Shown here in pieces: positions 1 to 17,237 of a DNA stretch of 64,000 nucleotides. Position numbers and translations under genes: made by a program. The notes beneath the pieces were generated by a model. The model was not told the DNA's origin. It was given only the letters and a program-made list of their open reading frames with translations, and did not search any database. Numbering within the stretch: position 1 is the stretch's first letter; each line of letters opens with the position of its first letter. Source of the DNA: the human T2T-CHM13v2.0 reference genome, Homo sapiens; the NCBI RefSeq assembly GCF_009914755.1, contig NC_060947.1, one strand, 5' to 3'.

Positions 1-772
1 ATTAAATGGCTTTAAGGACATTAATAAAAATAATCCTCAGAACAAACTATTTTTAAGAGCTGCTAAACTAAATTACTTAGTTACATGGGAATACAAAGTT
101 ATCTTAGTTTCTTGGTGGTCTTATATTCAGTCGTGTGTAGCCTAGCTGAAGATGAACTTGGAATGTGAGTACTCATCCATGAGGGAAGCAAGGCACCCTG
201 AATGGTTTCCAAGTTCAGTCTTCATGCTTTTTAATAGAACTTGAACTTTACAAAACCAAAGGAAGGTTGAGCTTCTATCTCCAGTCACTTTACTTTTCAC
301 TGAGTGATCACTATCCAACTATTAATTTCCTGGCAGTGCTGTGATAAAACATTCCATCCTATATTCACGGCTCACATCAGGGAAAAATATATTTTTAAAG
401 ATATTATTGACACCTTCTGCAAATTTCCAGGGGATTTTACTCTTGGCGGCGTACTTTTATGGATTTATCAACACAGTTTTTATATAGTTGGAATAGTTGA
501 ATCTTACAAAGTAGAGAATAAATTATTCCTATACCAGCAATAACAATATGTAATTTGCAAAAGATACAATTTATATTAACATTATCAAAAGATATAATTT
601 ATATTAACACCAAATATATTGCTAACTGTATATATTAGTATGAAGCTATATATAAGTATTAAAACCTAGTATTTATAATGTATGTGTATATGTGCTTGGG
701 TATACATATTGAGCATGTGTGTGTGCATATGAAAGCATGCATGTATATGTGTGTGCCTATAAAATACAGCTA

Positions 773-1125
<353 letters not shown>

Positions 1126-1596
1126 CTATATTGTGTGGCATTGGAAAAATTAAATATGGCAAAAGTATGAAGTAGTCATGTTTAAGAAAATCCTCCATCT
1201 TTAACATAATTGTAAATCCCAAGTACGTGCTATCAGATTCCCTACAGATTTCCCTGTGGAACTTACAGAACATATTCTCTCACATAATAAAGACCAGTGC
1301 CTTCTAAGGCACGGTGTAGATTTTGTTGCATTATTTAAAATGCTAAAATCTACATGTCGCTGGATTTACAACTTGAGGCCAAACACGATCCAATTTCTAT
1401 TAAGCAGACACATCCTTGTAAGATGTGAAAACCTCTGGGAAAACAATTGCATTTGAAATTCTTGCTTCTGCTGGCTGGCGTGGTTAGGAGTGAGTTCAGT
1501 TTTTCTGCAACAATTATAGTGCATATTTTTACAATTGCCTTGTTTGTAGCTATTGAGTGGTAGAACAGGGAGTGGAGTGTGGCATACATTTGAATC

Positions 1597-1955
1597 TGCC
1601 TATGGGTTTGAGTGTTTGTGTCCCCCTAGATTTGTATGTTGGAACCTAATCTTCAAGGTATTAGGAGGTGGGAAATGTGGGGGGTAATGACGTCATGAGG
1701 GTGAAGCCCTTGTGAATGGGATTAGTGCCTTATTTAAAAACACCCCCTAGAGCTCCCTCGTCCCTTTCACCATGGGAGGACACAGTGGGAAGGCACCATC
1801 TATGAACTAGGAAGTGGGTCCTCACCAGACACTGAATTTGCCACGCCTTAATCTTCAACTTCTGGCCGTCAGAACTGTGAGCAGTAAATGTCTGTTGTTT
1901 ATAAACCATTCAGTTTATGATGTTTTTGTTATTGCAGCCTGAAGGGACTGAGACA
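1597..1955 (+). mobile_element. MLT1A0-like MaLR solo LTR
   Basis: TGCCTATGG...GTCATGAGGGTGAAGCCC...CCTCACCAGACACTGAAT...GACTGAGACA follows the MLT1A0 consensus as recalled. Confidence 0.85.
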
Positions 1956-2616
1956 TATGGGGTCCATCTATGTCAACTAGAGGACATACCTCTCAGAATT
2001 CCAGCTTTTTAAAATCATAGCAAATGAAAAAATATCCATAAATTTTAGTGATTCTAGAAACTTTTCTGGGAATCTTACCTAGAAAGTCAGCATAAAGTCT
2101 GCTCCTTCATTTGTCCCACTAAATTTATACACCATTACAATCGCTTTAGGATTAGAGTGGATCTATTGTCTTTAGCTGAAACAGGAACAGAAAACAGTCC
2201 TCTGAAGATGAATGCAAAGATCAGAACTTGTCCAAAAGTGTGCCAACGGTTCCAGAAATTGTAGTAATGAAGACAGTAAGGCGAATACAGAGGGATTAAA
2301 TATTGACAGCTCAAATGAGAGTGATTAGAACTAGAACTAGGAAACATAAAAACATTTCTTTGAGAGAAATGCAATTACCAAACAGTGGGGCAAAGAGAGA
2401 TTATCTATCAAGTAGTGCTGGGATACTAGGAAAAAGCCCAGTTTCACATTTCAAAAATTCACTTCTAGAGAGATCTTAAAAAAAGTTCTTGTGCCTTCCC
2501 ATTTATTTGCTGGTATAGTCTCACAATGATATGGCCAGTTATACTTATGGGAAAAAATAATATTGGGCCATCGTATATTGACATGAGTAACTATTTTCAC
2601 CTCTTCTGCATGGACT

Positions 2617-2705
2617 ATCTATATATTATATATATATAAAAAACACATATTTATATATATAACATATATATTTATATATATAAATATGTATTACATATAT
2701 TTATT

Positions 2706-2723
<18 letters not shown>
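2617..2723. repeat. (TA)n-rich microsatellite abutting an Alu tail
   Basis: Long alternating TA runs. Confidence 0.9.
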
Positions 2724-2736
<13 letters not shown>

Positions 2737-2883
2737 GAGACAGGGTCTGGCTCTGTTGCCCAGACTGGAGTGCAGTAGCAAAGTCATGGCTCACTGCAGC
2801 CTCTACCTCTTGGGCTCAAGTGAGCCTCCTGCCTCAGCCTCCTCAGTAGCTGAGACTACAGGCATGAGACACTGTGCCCAGCC
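2724..2883 (-). mobile_element. Alu right monomer (FRAM/AluJ-like)
   Basis: Poly-T, then GAGACAGGGTCTGGCTCTG...CTGTGCCCAGCC; single arm. Confidence 0.88.
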
Positions 2884-3179
2884 AAATGTTTCTTAAATAA
2901 AGAATAAAAATAAATATAAATAAGTAAATAAAATGATTAAGTTTTTATATTAAAACTTGAAATGCTATTCATTAACAGCTGATATTTGCAACAAAGATTT
3001 AGGCTTCCATATGTCCCAGTTTGTTCAGAAATAATAGTGTATCCTTTCACTTTCAAATATGTTTCTTTTGGGTTATAAATAGTTTGACTAACCTAGACAT
3101 AAACATCAAAGGGTAAATATCTGAAATACATTAAACACTTCAAAACTCGATTGTAAAAAGCCATAAAATAGTATTTGAG

Positions 3180-4480
3180 TTTCAGTGCTACATTTCAAAG
3201 ACAATAAAATATTTATGACCAACAAACAAAATACAATCAACCTCATTTGTAACTTGAAAAATAAAAACTAAACTGTAAAACCTTAACATTTTACACCTGT
3301 GAGATTGCAAATATTTAGAAATCTGACAATAGGTATGAAATCTCTCTTGAAGACAACAGAAACTCACATACTGTGAGTCAGTGTGTGTTTTGTTGTGATA
3401 TCTTTGTGGAACAATTTGGTATTCATTATCTGAAAAGTAAAATATATCCTAAACCCATTCTTTTGCCTTCTGGCTATGTTTCCTAAAGAGACATGTAGAA
3501 TTATGTTCTTATCAACATTGTTGATGATAGCCTTAAAATGGGTAGAACTCACCTTGTAACCACCTGAGAGGTTCTTCCTGCCCACTGCAGAAAGAAAGAC
3601 CATGACTTTGTAGTAGAGAAAGAGTTTAATAGACACAAGCCTGGCCATGCCACGCGGGAGATGGACTCCTGTGCAAATCATCTCATTCAAAGCTCCTAGG
3701 TTAGGGTTTTTTCGAGGGCAGTTTGGGTGAATGGGTGGGGGTGGCCATGTAACAGGAGCCTGCTGCTGATTGGTTGGGGTGGAGATGAAATCATAGCGGG
3801 TTGAAGCTGTCCTCCTGTCTGGCCAAATTACTTCTGGGTGGGGCCACAGAAGGGGGTTGTTGGTCCATGTGGAGCCATGGGCGTCTGAAATGCAAAAATC
3901 CTGGAAAGATATCTCAAAAGGCCAATCTGCAATGGTGTTTTATTTGCAGGAGTAATTGGGGAAGTTGTGTATCTTATAACCTCTGGAATAATGGCTGACA
4001 ACCTTTTATGTCTGCAGGACTCAAGCTCCTCTCCTCTCCCCGGGCTGATGGCCTCCCATCAGCTTTACAAAAGTGGGTTGGGGCAAGGCTTATTATCATT
4101 TAAACTGTAGCCTAAGTGTCTTCCAAAGTTAATTTGGCCCAATAGCCCAGGAATAATTAAGGGAAAGGCAAGATGGGGATTGGGTTGGCTTAGCTTACTG
4201 TTATAATTTTCTCACCGATAATAACTTGCAAAGCAGGTTCAACACATCTGTTAATAGGTGGGACATTAACAGTAACTAAACTGTGTGTAAATGGGGTATC
4301 TATGGGGGAGCCTAAGATATACCATCATCCTAAAAATAAGCTTGTGACATAGTGATGCAATAAAGAGAAATGAAGCAAAACTACATCTATAAGTCTGCGT
4401 GTGTCTCATAGACAAAGCTTATGGAGAAAATCAAGTTCCACAAGAGGGTATGCAATGTGGAGCAAAATTGTGTAGAAATT
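3180..4480 (+). mobile_element. Old L1M (L1ME-like) 3' fragment interrupted by an LTR
   Basis: TTTTACACCTGTGAGATTGCAAATATTTAGAAATCTGACAAT and ACAATTTGGTATT motifs; resumes after 4241. Confidence 0.5.
3555..4241 (-). mobile_element. ERV1 solo LTR, LTR8A/LTR8B-like
   Basis: Minus strand begins TGAACCTGCTTTGCAAGTTAT...GAGAAAATTATAACAG and ends ...GGTGGTTACA; TG..CA termini. Confidence 0.8.
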
Positions 4481-4529
4481 GAGGGAATGATAAGTACATA
4501 ATTCCATGGCATGATGTGTGTGCACTGGA

Positions 4530-4980
4530 AGTAGTTTGCTGTGGCTGCTCTAACAAATTGCCACGAACTTGATGTCTTATAACAAACGTTATTATCTTAC
4601 AGTTCTGAAAGTCCAGAGTCCTCAATGAATGTTGTTGGGCTGAAACCAGGGTGTTGGAAGATCTGGGTTCTCTCTGTAGGGGAGAATCTGTTTCCTTGCA
4701 TATTCCAGCTTCTAGAAGTTGCTGCCATTCTTCTTTTCATGGTCCCTTCTAATGTCTTCAAAGCCAGCAACATTGAGCTGATTCTTCTTCTAACGCCTTC
4801 TTCCAATTTTAAGGATCATGTAGAACCCACCTGGGTAACGCAGGATAATCTCTTTATTTTAAGTTTAGCCTGTCGACTTCCATCTGCAGCCATAATTCCC
4901 TTCATCATGGGATATAACATACTCAAGTTCCAGATAAAATGATGTGGGCATCTTTGGGGATCATTTTTCTGCCTATGACA
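4530..4980 (-). mobile_element. MLT1C/D-like MaLR LTR
   Basis: GGCTGCTCTAACAAATTGCCACGAAC...GGGGAGAATCTGTTTCCTTGC...CTGCCTATGACA. Confidence 0.75.
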
Positions 4981-4981
4981 G

Positions 4982-5343
4982 TGTATTAGTCTGTTCTCAA
5001 GCTGTTAATAAAGACATACCTGAGGCTGGGTAATTTATAAAGGAAAGAGGTTTAATGGAATTACAGTTCAGCATGGCTGGGGAGGCCTCACAATCATGGA
5101 GGAAGGCAAAGGAGAAGCGAAGGCATGTCTTACATGGCGCAGGCAAAAAGAGTGTGTGCAGGAGAACTCCCCTTTATAAAACCACCAGATCTCATGAGAC
5201 TTATTCATGTCACGAGAACAGCACAGGAAAGACCCACCCCCATGATCAATTACCTCCCACCTGGTCCCTCCCACAACATGTGGGAATTGTGGGAGCTACA
5301 ATTCAAGATGAGATTTGGTTGGAGACACAGCCAAACCACATCA
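4982..5343 (-). mobile_element. THE1 (B/C-like) MaLR solo LTR
   Basis: TGTATTAGTCTGTTCTC...CAGCCAAACCACATCA; perfect 5-bp TSD GACAG (4977-4981 / 5344-5348). Confidence 0.93.
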
Positions 5344-5599
5344 GACAGGGACTGGAATGAGAGGTACTCTTGATCATAGGCTTTGTCATAACAATTTATA
5401 TTTCCTTGATCTTACAAATATTTGATAAAGCATTGTTAAAAATAAAGAAGATAGTATATTTTTTGTTAATTTCTATTTACGGCAAGGTAGAGAGATTATT
5501 GTTTACAGTAGTAATATGAAGTTTATTTCCAATAAAATATATAAGAAATAATTCTAATCTCAATGAGATTATTGTTCACTTGGATGTAGTATAGGGGTT

Positions 5600-5623
5600 T
5601 GTGTGTGTGTGTGTGTGTGTGTG
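5600..5623. repeat. (TG)n microsatellite
   Basis: About 12 TG units. Confidence 0.95.
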
Positions 5624-6052
5624 ATGTTTACTCTGGAAGCTTAAGGGTTTTCTTCTTTATTCCTGATTTAATGAAGTTTCACAAAATTATGCCCAACTGG
5701 CTTGATTTGCTTTTTTCTTTGAATTTTTTTTTTAACTTGCACAGTTCCAATTGAGCACTCTTGGTAGAACACCTGTCTTTCCTCAGTTGTGAGAAATGGT
5801 AAATTATTATTTCCTTTGATACAGCATATCATTTTTCCTTTATAATTTTCCCTAAAAAATGGGGTTCAAAAATCTGGATATAAATACCATGTGTACTAAA
5901 ATGTATTATATATTTTTTCACATAAGATATATTATATATAAAGTATATATTTTATATAAATTATATATATATAAATATATCAAATACATGTAATATCTAA
6001 TATATGTAAAGTATACATAATGTATAAAGCATATGAAGCTTCTAAAATGTGT

Positions 6053-6234
6053 ACACACACACACACACATACACACACAATGTGTATGTTTATATGTTTT
6101 GGGACAATTCCTCAGCTCAATTTGTGAGGTTATTAAATTTTTCTATTACTCAGTACAACCTGTTCTATAGTACCCTTCTTGAGATTTTATTTCCACATAG
6201 TTAAAACAAACACACACACACACACACACACACA
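6053..6234. repeat. Two (CA)n microsatellites (6053-6079, 6210-6234)
   Basis: Direct reading. Confidence 0.9.
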
Positions 6235-6242
6235 ATCAACAA

Positions 6243-6414
6243 CAGAAGGAAGTGAATTCTCCCCTAGAGCCTCATGAAGTTCTGTGGACACCGTGATGTT
6301 AGCCCAGGGAGGCCTATTTCTGGCTCCTATATCTGTAAAGAAATACATTTGTGTTGTTTTAAACCATCAGGCTCGTGGCAACTTCTTACAGCAGCAATAA
6401 AACAACCTGACACA
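6243..6414 (+). mobile_element. MLT1 (C/D/E) 3' fragment
   Basis: ATTCTCCCCTAGAGCCTC...AAATACATTTGTGTTGTTTTAAACCA...TTACAGCAGCAATA. Confidence 0.7.
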
Positions 6415-7000
6415 ATTACCAGTGCTCACCTGTATAAAAAATAATATTGTATAGCACATTAAGGGACAATGATAGGGATACTGATATAAATTTGCCAACA
6501 ATAGCTACTTTTATAATAGAAAACATCAATAATAAAATAATGCAAAAGATTAAGAACAAAGTTAAATGCTGGATTCCTGTATGTCCAAATTAAAATCTAC
6601 TGGAGGCTTCCCATGACAAACTGGATTTCATGTACACAGCTTTTGTTACATCCAGTTTAACACTCTAAGTGGATATGCACCATAATGTATCAAGATTTTA
6701 AAAATGGTAATGGCTTCAAATTATAATCACGATCAATGGAGTTTTTTGGTATCACATATGCATTTAAAAAAAATCAGTGTGTATTTATGCAAGTATTTGA
6801 AGACTGTGCATTTGGTTGTTATCCCTGAAGTCTCTCCCTCCTGGTGCCTTTGTTTTCTGTGCATTTCACGATTTTTTGGCATGATAGCCTATGATTTGTC
6901 TTGCAATTGTTTCTGTGGGATTGTGTCAAAGCCTATGGGAGCATATGGATTTGCGTCTGACAGGGGCTGGGGACACAAAGTGTGAGGTCACTTTAAATTA

Positions 7001-7309
<309 letters not shown>

Positions 7310-7955
7310 TTAATTTATATATAAAAATTCTGGGGCCACAGAGTAATTGTCTATTCAGGCTAAAAATGTACTGCCTGGTGGTTATGAGCTTGCAAGGGTA
7401 GATTATTTATCCCTTCTATTGACAGCCGAGATTGCAGATAGGCAATTTTCTTTGCTATCTTCGTGAGAGGGCACATTTCTAATTCACCCTTCCTGAGGTT
7501 GAAATGCTTTCAGGGTCCACATTTGTGAGAGTTTTGTATTAGATGCGCTACACTGACTAAGTGTGGGACTTTATGTTCTTTCCCTTGCACTTCATAAGGC
7601 TGTGAAAATGGAAGCTCAATTTCCCCACATTGGAGCATTGTGCATTAGTTGAGTGCCAGTTAGTTCTTGTGTCTTGGATTTAAAAGATTTAGCCTGCTAA
7701 TTCTTTTTTTATTATTATTTTTTGCAGTCCATGAATTGAAGATTTGTTGTTCATTCCATACTTCGTGTTTGCCTTCATCAGGTTGGCATATGTGAGAATG
7801 CTAACAAGGAGAGTTCGTAAAGAAAACAAAATGTATTTTAAAACATTATTGATGGAAACAAATTCCCTTTTTTCTCACGCTGTCTAGATGTAAGCATTTA
7901 AAAAACATGTATAATTGATGTGTGTATGTGTGTATTTGGTGTGTTATTAAAATTA

Positions 7956-8522
<567 letters not shown>

Positions 8523-8532
8523 ATTCTGTTAG

Positions 8533-8860
<328 letters not shown>

Positions 8861-11049
8861 AGTTGGTGTGAGTTCTGTTTTTCTGAGTGGATCATGACTA
8901 ATATACTCTCTATTTTTATTAAATTAAAAGCTAACTTAAATTTAAATTTTATTTTACTTTGGATAACTTCGCATAGTTGATTGATTACTAGTAGAAATCC
9001 CTTTGTGCCCTGGAATTAATAGGGCATATGAATTCCAAGAGCCCTTCATTCCTCACCAGTGACAATTACTTGTCTAGAAGAATGATATGTCAGTTCAGCA
9101 ATTTTCCCAGAGACAAGATACTTTTGTGTAAATAATGGGCAACATTAGCATTCTAACCTATAATATTTGTATGTCTAGAAATCTTTGTTTCCAGATTTAA
9201 GTCTTCATGTAAACCCAATAAAAGTTACACTAGCATAAATTGTTCATTCAGTTTTTCTTAACAAATGTGTTATTGATATTTTAAGAATTATAAATTTTAA
9301 GTGAGGGTTTTAATATTAGGATTATGGTACCACCAAATATTGAACCAAAAAAATTCCTTATGATTGTTGAGCTAATTCATTATTTAAAAATATATATATA
9401 ACTCATGTTATGTCTTAAGACTCAAAGTTGGATTAGACAACTCAATTTCCCAACAAATGCAAGTTAATTTCCTGAAGAAGTTATCCCAATAGACAAAGCA
9501 GAATAGAATTGTAAAATATCACCTTTTATTCACATTAACATGTCTACTTGTCTGTCAGTGAAAAGAATAATGAAATTCTTTCTCTTTCAAGTCTCATAGA
9601 TATTCAAAGGATATTGTCAACTCTCCGTTTCTATTTCGTACCCCCTGCCACTGTGTAGTTATTGGCAATGTTGATATTCTGCCATGGAAATTATCTCATT
9701 GGCTCATGCATACATCTTTTCTCATATCTTAACATGAGTAAGTGAGTGAAGCCCTAGACCACAAAAATAATTAAATTTAAAGAAAAAAATTCATCATATA
9801 CATTAAATCAACACTATTCTAAAGCACATATTTTAAGCATTATTGGCAGAGATTTATACTTTAAATGTTGCCTAATTCATTTCAGTTCCAGAGTTGCACA
9901 TTGAAATTTAACACTATAGAGGAAAACAAATCACAACACAAATGTCTGTGATGGTTTTTAATTTACAAGTGTCTGTCACATGCCTTATGTTTTAAACATG
10001 AATGGCATTCACGTCTTTCACAATAGATTTGTCTATTTCTTTTATGCCTCTCATGAGCTTGCAGCATATTGGAGAGTAGATCAAATCTTAGTTGTTTTTA
10101 TGGAGCAAGAAAACTTGACATTCTACCCTTGTTTCATCTAAAGTTTCAGGAAGATCTGGACAAGTCTTGAAGTCTGTTGTGTACAGTACATGTGGATAAG
10201 TAAGAAATTTTCTGGAATTATGCATTTTGTTGGAGGAATATTGAGCTGGTTCAGAAAATCAATATCAGAAAAAAGTATATTTTAATACGTTTGGTGGGTT
10301 CTGCTGAAATTATTTTCTTACTCTAGTCACTTCTCAAAAATGTAATGTAAAAACAAAAGTTATGCTATGAAAATCTCAGGAATATATAATGTGTATCAGG
10401 CAGAACCTCTCCGCCATGTTTACCAGAATTTACCAGAGGTTGTTCCTTGGATTTAGTTAACTTGTGTTTGTTCCCCAAAAAGTTACTTATTCACATGACC
10501 TTATAGCCCTAAGATACATGATACTACTTACAGGTTTTGAAACACAGGCTTTTGTTAGACAACACAATTTTGGTTTTTATCTGACATTTTTGCATATTTC
10601 TTCTCGAGCCCTATTGTGGATACTTTCTTTTACCCTCTCTGAAAACTTTCACGTTCTCCATAGATGCCTGAGTATTCATTTTCTTATTTTTGTCTAACCA
10701 TTCTCAACACGCAGTTGAATTTAATCCTTTCAAATAGTATCTAAAACCCGATTACTTGCCTGTCTAGAAATCTTACTAGCTACACACCAAACACTGATCT
10801 CTCTCCTTAAATCTATACCTTGAATATTTAATAAATTTTTATCTTGTACAGGCAATGATCTGACAACTTGTCTCTTAATATGTTTCTGTTTCATGTTTAT
10901 TTATTTTTAGAAATGATATGCTCACAACGATTTTTGCCTTTTTTTCCTTTAAAGATGTCTTTCTGTTTTAATTATGTGTGATTTTTCTTTTGAGATGTGT
11001 CTCTGAACATCTTTTCCCTCCTCTTGTTCCCCTTTTCTTACAAAATCTT

Positions 11050-11360
11050 TGTTTGTTTGCTTGCTTGTTTTGAGACAAGGTTTTGCTCTGTTATGCAGGC
11101 TGAGAGCAGTGGTGTGATCATAGCTCACTGTAGCCTCAACCTCCCCAGGCTCAAGTGATCCTCTCACTTCAGCCTTCCAAGTAGCTGGGACCACAGGTGC
11201 ACACCACCAAAAATGCATGGGGCTAATTTTTGTATTTTTTGTGGAGACAGGGTTTTGCCATGTTGCTCAGGCTGGTCTCAAACTCCTGGACTCAAGGGTC
11301 CAGTCCACCTCGGCCTCCCAAAGGGCTAGAACTGTAAGCATAAGCCACTGTGCCTGGCCC
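11050..11360 (-). mobile_element. AluJ
   Basis: J-type GGCTCAAGTGATCCTC; TSD TCTTACAAAATCTT / TCTTATAAAATCTT. Confidence 0.93.
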
Positions 11361-12961
11361 TCTTATAAAATCTTTATGTTGGGCCCCTTCATTCTCTTTA
11401 TTCTTCTCTTTATTTTTCATCTTTTCTGTTTTTCTCTAAATTTCCTTTGCTTTGGTAAATAAACAGGTGAGTCTCTTGGCTTACTTAGTATAATCTCTTT
11501 ATTTAAATTATGGGCTTTAAAATTGTGTTTCTTAATTTGTTGAAATGAAAAATAAAATAGCATCCCTTACTCTTTCTATGAAGGGTGAAGAAACTGACTT
11601 TAATTTGATATTTGAAACTCTCATTTTAAAGAGTTTTAATATACTTTTGCCTATATACATTTGCATGTTTATTTTTATTTGGGTATAACAATGAACTATA
11701 TTCCTTATGTTGACATGGTATATCATAATTTAGTTTTATTAAACACCTAGTTGTATTATTTTATAATCTTAATGGTTACTGACTGAGATATTGGTGTATA
11801 ATTAAGATAAACCAATATAGGCAACATAGATAATCCAAATTATGTTTTTAGGAAAAAGTAAACTGATAAATAAGAATATTAAGATAACATTATTTGTCAT
11901 TGTGATGAGATTGAGGCAAGGCCAATAACAATTTATAAAACAGAATTATTTCATATATCTACTTTGTCCAAAGAGTAACTTGGTTGCAGATATTATATGA
12001 ACTTTAATCTTTTTTCTTAGGGATGCAAACCAAATATTTAAATAAATTAAAAGGGTAAAATATTGAAGTACAATATGCATTCCTTTCTTACAAACTACTA
12101 ACCAAGACCATTAATTAAAGTGATATTTGAACCATTTTTCTTTTTGACATATGGGTTAAATCACAAAACAAAACAAAAACAATACATAACTACATATATG
12201 TAATTATATTTAACTACATATGTAAATAATATAGTTACCATTTATGTGGCTATATTTAACTATATCTGTATATATAACTGCCTTTATATATATCATAAAG
12301 AAGCAAAACAATTAAAGCATAAAGGATACAATTTTTTTCAGAAATTTGAATTTTTCTTGTTTATATGAACCATTATCAATCACTATAAACCAACCAGAGT
12401 ACTTGCTCAGTTAAATTTTAAGAAAACCTATAATTCATTAATTAACTTTAAGATTATTCAAAGAATAGCATTCTTATTCTCAAAAATATTCAAAGTAATA
12501 ACATAGAAACTTTTTGTCTAATTCCAAAGGAAGCGAGGGGAACTCATTTTGACGAAGCAGCAGGAGATGTGGGATTTACATGCATTGCTGCCTACTGGAA
12601 ACGCTGATCAATGAAGGAACCAAATACATATAATTGAGAGCCGTTGGATGCTACCGAGGAATAGCTGCATTAGAATAAAAGTACTTTATGATTACATTCT
12701 GAAGCTGCCATGCCATTCTACGTCCAGCACCATTATAACAATGACATTTGTTTTCATCTGCTTTTGTAAAGGTTTGAATTGGCTCAGGATTTGAGTGATT
12801 ATTAAGTACTAGTTTTATTGACTACCAGAGCCTCTATTTTAAAAATTATGTATGTAATTTCTAAAGGTATGTTTCTCGTCATTAATTTCATTGCCCTTAT
12901 TTCAAGGGGCCTGCCATGATCTTCATTTTTAGTAACTTGCTTGTTTAGATTATACACTAGA

Positions 12962-13329
12962 AAGATGCTCGTCAACTTACAATGGGCTTATGTCCTGATA
13001 CATCCACTGTAATGAAAATATGTATAAGTTGAGAATGCATTCAATACACTTAACCTCCCAAGCATCATAGCTTAGCCCAATCTACCTTAAACATGCTCAG
13101 AACACTTATATCAGCCTACCATCGGGCAACATCATCCAACTCAAAGCCTATTTTATGATAAAGTGTTGACAAATTCATGTAATTTTATTGAGTACTGTAC
13201 TGAACATAAAAAACAGAATGGTTGTATGGATACTCGAAGTATGGTTTCTACTGAATGCATATCCATTTTGTACCATTGTAAAGGCAAAAAATCTTCAGCC
13301 TAACCATTTTGAGTTGAAGACTGTCGATG
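12962..13329 (+). mobile_element. MER47A (Tigger-family DNA transposon, non-autonomous)
   Basis: AGATGCTCGTCAACTTACAATGG...CATCATAGCTTAGCC...TACCTTAAACATGCTCAGAACAC...AACAGAATGGTTGTATGG. Confidence 0.85.
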
Positions 13330-13581
13330 TACTTGTCCAAGATTATTCACAGGATGTTAGAGTTGTTTTTCTTTCTGTTGTGAGGCCTTCTATAGGTATA
13401 ATGCTTTATTACAGCCAATAGCTTCTTCTGGATTTATGCTATATCAAGACTATCCTTGATATAAAAATCGTATTTTGTAGATCCTGATAATTATTGAGCT
13501 GACAGTGAGTAAACGTAAACACTAAAGCTTGGGAGAAGGAACAGGCTCTGAAATGCGTACGGTTAGATGAAGCGGTTGCAT

Positions 13582-14603
<1,022 letters not shown>

Positions 14604-15764
14604 GCATGAGTACACTCACATACATGAACTCACAGAGGGTTATTTGGCCTGAAACACAAAACTGTAACAACTTCTCAACCACATATTCTCAAATACCAGG
14701 AGATACCAGAATTATCAAGGCAAACACACAGAAATGCAAATTGAAACTAAATTCTGTGTTCTCTACTACCTTAAATATCCACATAAACCTACTGATGAAA
14801 TACACAAAACAAACTAATTTAAAAGTCTTTCTCTACTACTGCCACCAGTGTAGACAGATAATCAGCTATGTGCAAACGAGAATCAATTCTAAGAATACAC
14901 TTGGCTAACAACCAGATTCATGACTTAGAAGCCAACACGCTCAATCACCTTAATTGAAATTCACAGATGAGCCGTAAGAAGGTGACCAGAAAACTCAAGG
15001 GGTGGAGGTTTGGGTGAGGAACAATCGAAGGTTACATACTCTGTTGACAACCATAATAGAAACTTTTGTGCAGTGACTGATATTTTAAAATCTCAAATAT
15101 AGACTGTCAAAGAATAACTCAGAGATGTTTATCTGGATAGTAATAATTGGGTCACGTATAAATGACAGAGATGTTAGATCAGTTGTCAGTGGTCAAAAGC
15201 AAAATCAGGCTTATAAGAGAAAGGGAAGGCAAATAATTAGAGTCAAGAACATTTGGTCATGCTGTAGATTTGTAGAAATACTGATTAGCTAGCAGACAGA
15301 AAAGCGGTCAGCCTTGAAAATTTAATTTTAAGGAAAGCGGTGAGAGTCAGTAAAAAAACTCATTTTAATTGTATATGTATGTAACATCCTAAGAGATAAC
15401 CTCGTGGCACTCATGTGATTGTCTCTATTTGAAGCTTTCCAGAGTCCTCAATTAGCACCTGCATTTTATTCATAATTAATGCTGGCCTGTACAGAATTTC
15501 TCATAACCAGCGCATGGATACCCCTTGAGAATATTGGAATGAAATCATATTAAGTGGTAGGTTCTTTTTACTTTTACACCTTACGTACCATAGTGCTGGA
15601 TTTTTTTTTCAATGCCAATTCTAGACAATATTTCTTTCCTTCTACCATATAACAACTAGCTAATTTAAAGCATGTACTATCAGCCTATACACACACTACC
15701 TCTTTATAAAGGTTACTATACAATTTGCAATCATTTGGCCTTTCCTCATTCATTAAAGACTTTT

Positions 15765-16104
15765 AGTATGTTGCTGCGACCACAAAATTCATAATTTGAA
15801 ATACTCACCTGTGAGAATATAGTAGGGGTGGGGCCTTTGGGAGGTCATGAGGGTGGAGTCTCATGAATGGGACGAGTGCCCTCATAAAAGAGGACCCAGA
15901 GAGCTTCCTTGCCCCTTCTACCACGTGAGGACTCAGTGAGAAGGCTCCATCTGTGAACCAGGAAGTGGGTTCTCACCAGACACTGAATCTGCCCCGACTT
16001 GATCTTGGAATTCCAGCCTCCAGAACTGTGAGCAATAAATGTCTGTTGTTTATAAGATACCTAGTCCACGGTGTTTTGTTATAGTATCCTAAAAGGACTA
16101 AACA
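15765..16104 (+). mobile_element. MLT1A0-like MaLR LTR
   Basis: GGGGCCTTTGGGAGGTCATGAGGGTGGAG...CTCACCAGACACTGAATCTGCC...GGACTAAACA. Confidence 0.85.
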
Positions 16105-16143
16105 AGCTTACTCTGTTTCTTTTAGCCTTTTACCTTTGCAATC

Positions 16144-16207
16144 TTTTGTAATGATTGTAATCTCCACATACGTAATTTTGTAATGATTGTAATCTCCACA
16201 TACGTAA
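16144..16207. repeat. Perfect 32-bp tandem duplication
   Basis: TTTTGTAATGATTGTAATCTCCACATACGTAA x2. Confidence 0.97.
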
Positions 16208-16356
16208 TCACCTACAAATTCTGGCTTCTCAGTTCTTTGAACTTCCGACTTCCAAAGATTTTTTTTTGTTTTTACACACAAGAACTTCTCACTCCTCCTA
16301 TTGCTTTAACATAGGCATTAGGAATAAATAATACAGACATAATGTGGTTAATGTGG

Positions 16357-16954
<598 letters not shown>

Positions 16955-17237
16955 TTGTTTTTTTTTTGTTTGTTTGTTTCTAAATCACCAATTCATGCAT
17001 CTGCATTTCTGAATATCACTTCTTATTCATCCAGCTAACTCTGCTAATGCTATCAGGACTTCCAATTCAATGATCTCACCTTTTCATTACCCCTCACCTC
17101 TGAATGACCTCACTTTCCTGTTTACTCAATTTACTTTCCTGGTCCAGCTTTGTAATTACTTTTTTACAATACACTCCACTCTCTTGTTCTATTTCTCTTC
17201 AGTTATGTCCCTCTGCCCAAAGCCCATGCCAGTTCAC

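Noticed and set aside
1473-1500. GGCTGG...AGTGAGTT resembling a Y RNA 5' end
   Set aside because: Similarity too short; no complementary 3' stem or tail
13188-13421. ORF that might be a transposase remnant
   Set aside because: Lies mostly in non-autonomous MER47A; no DDE motif visible
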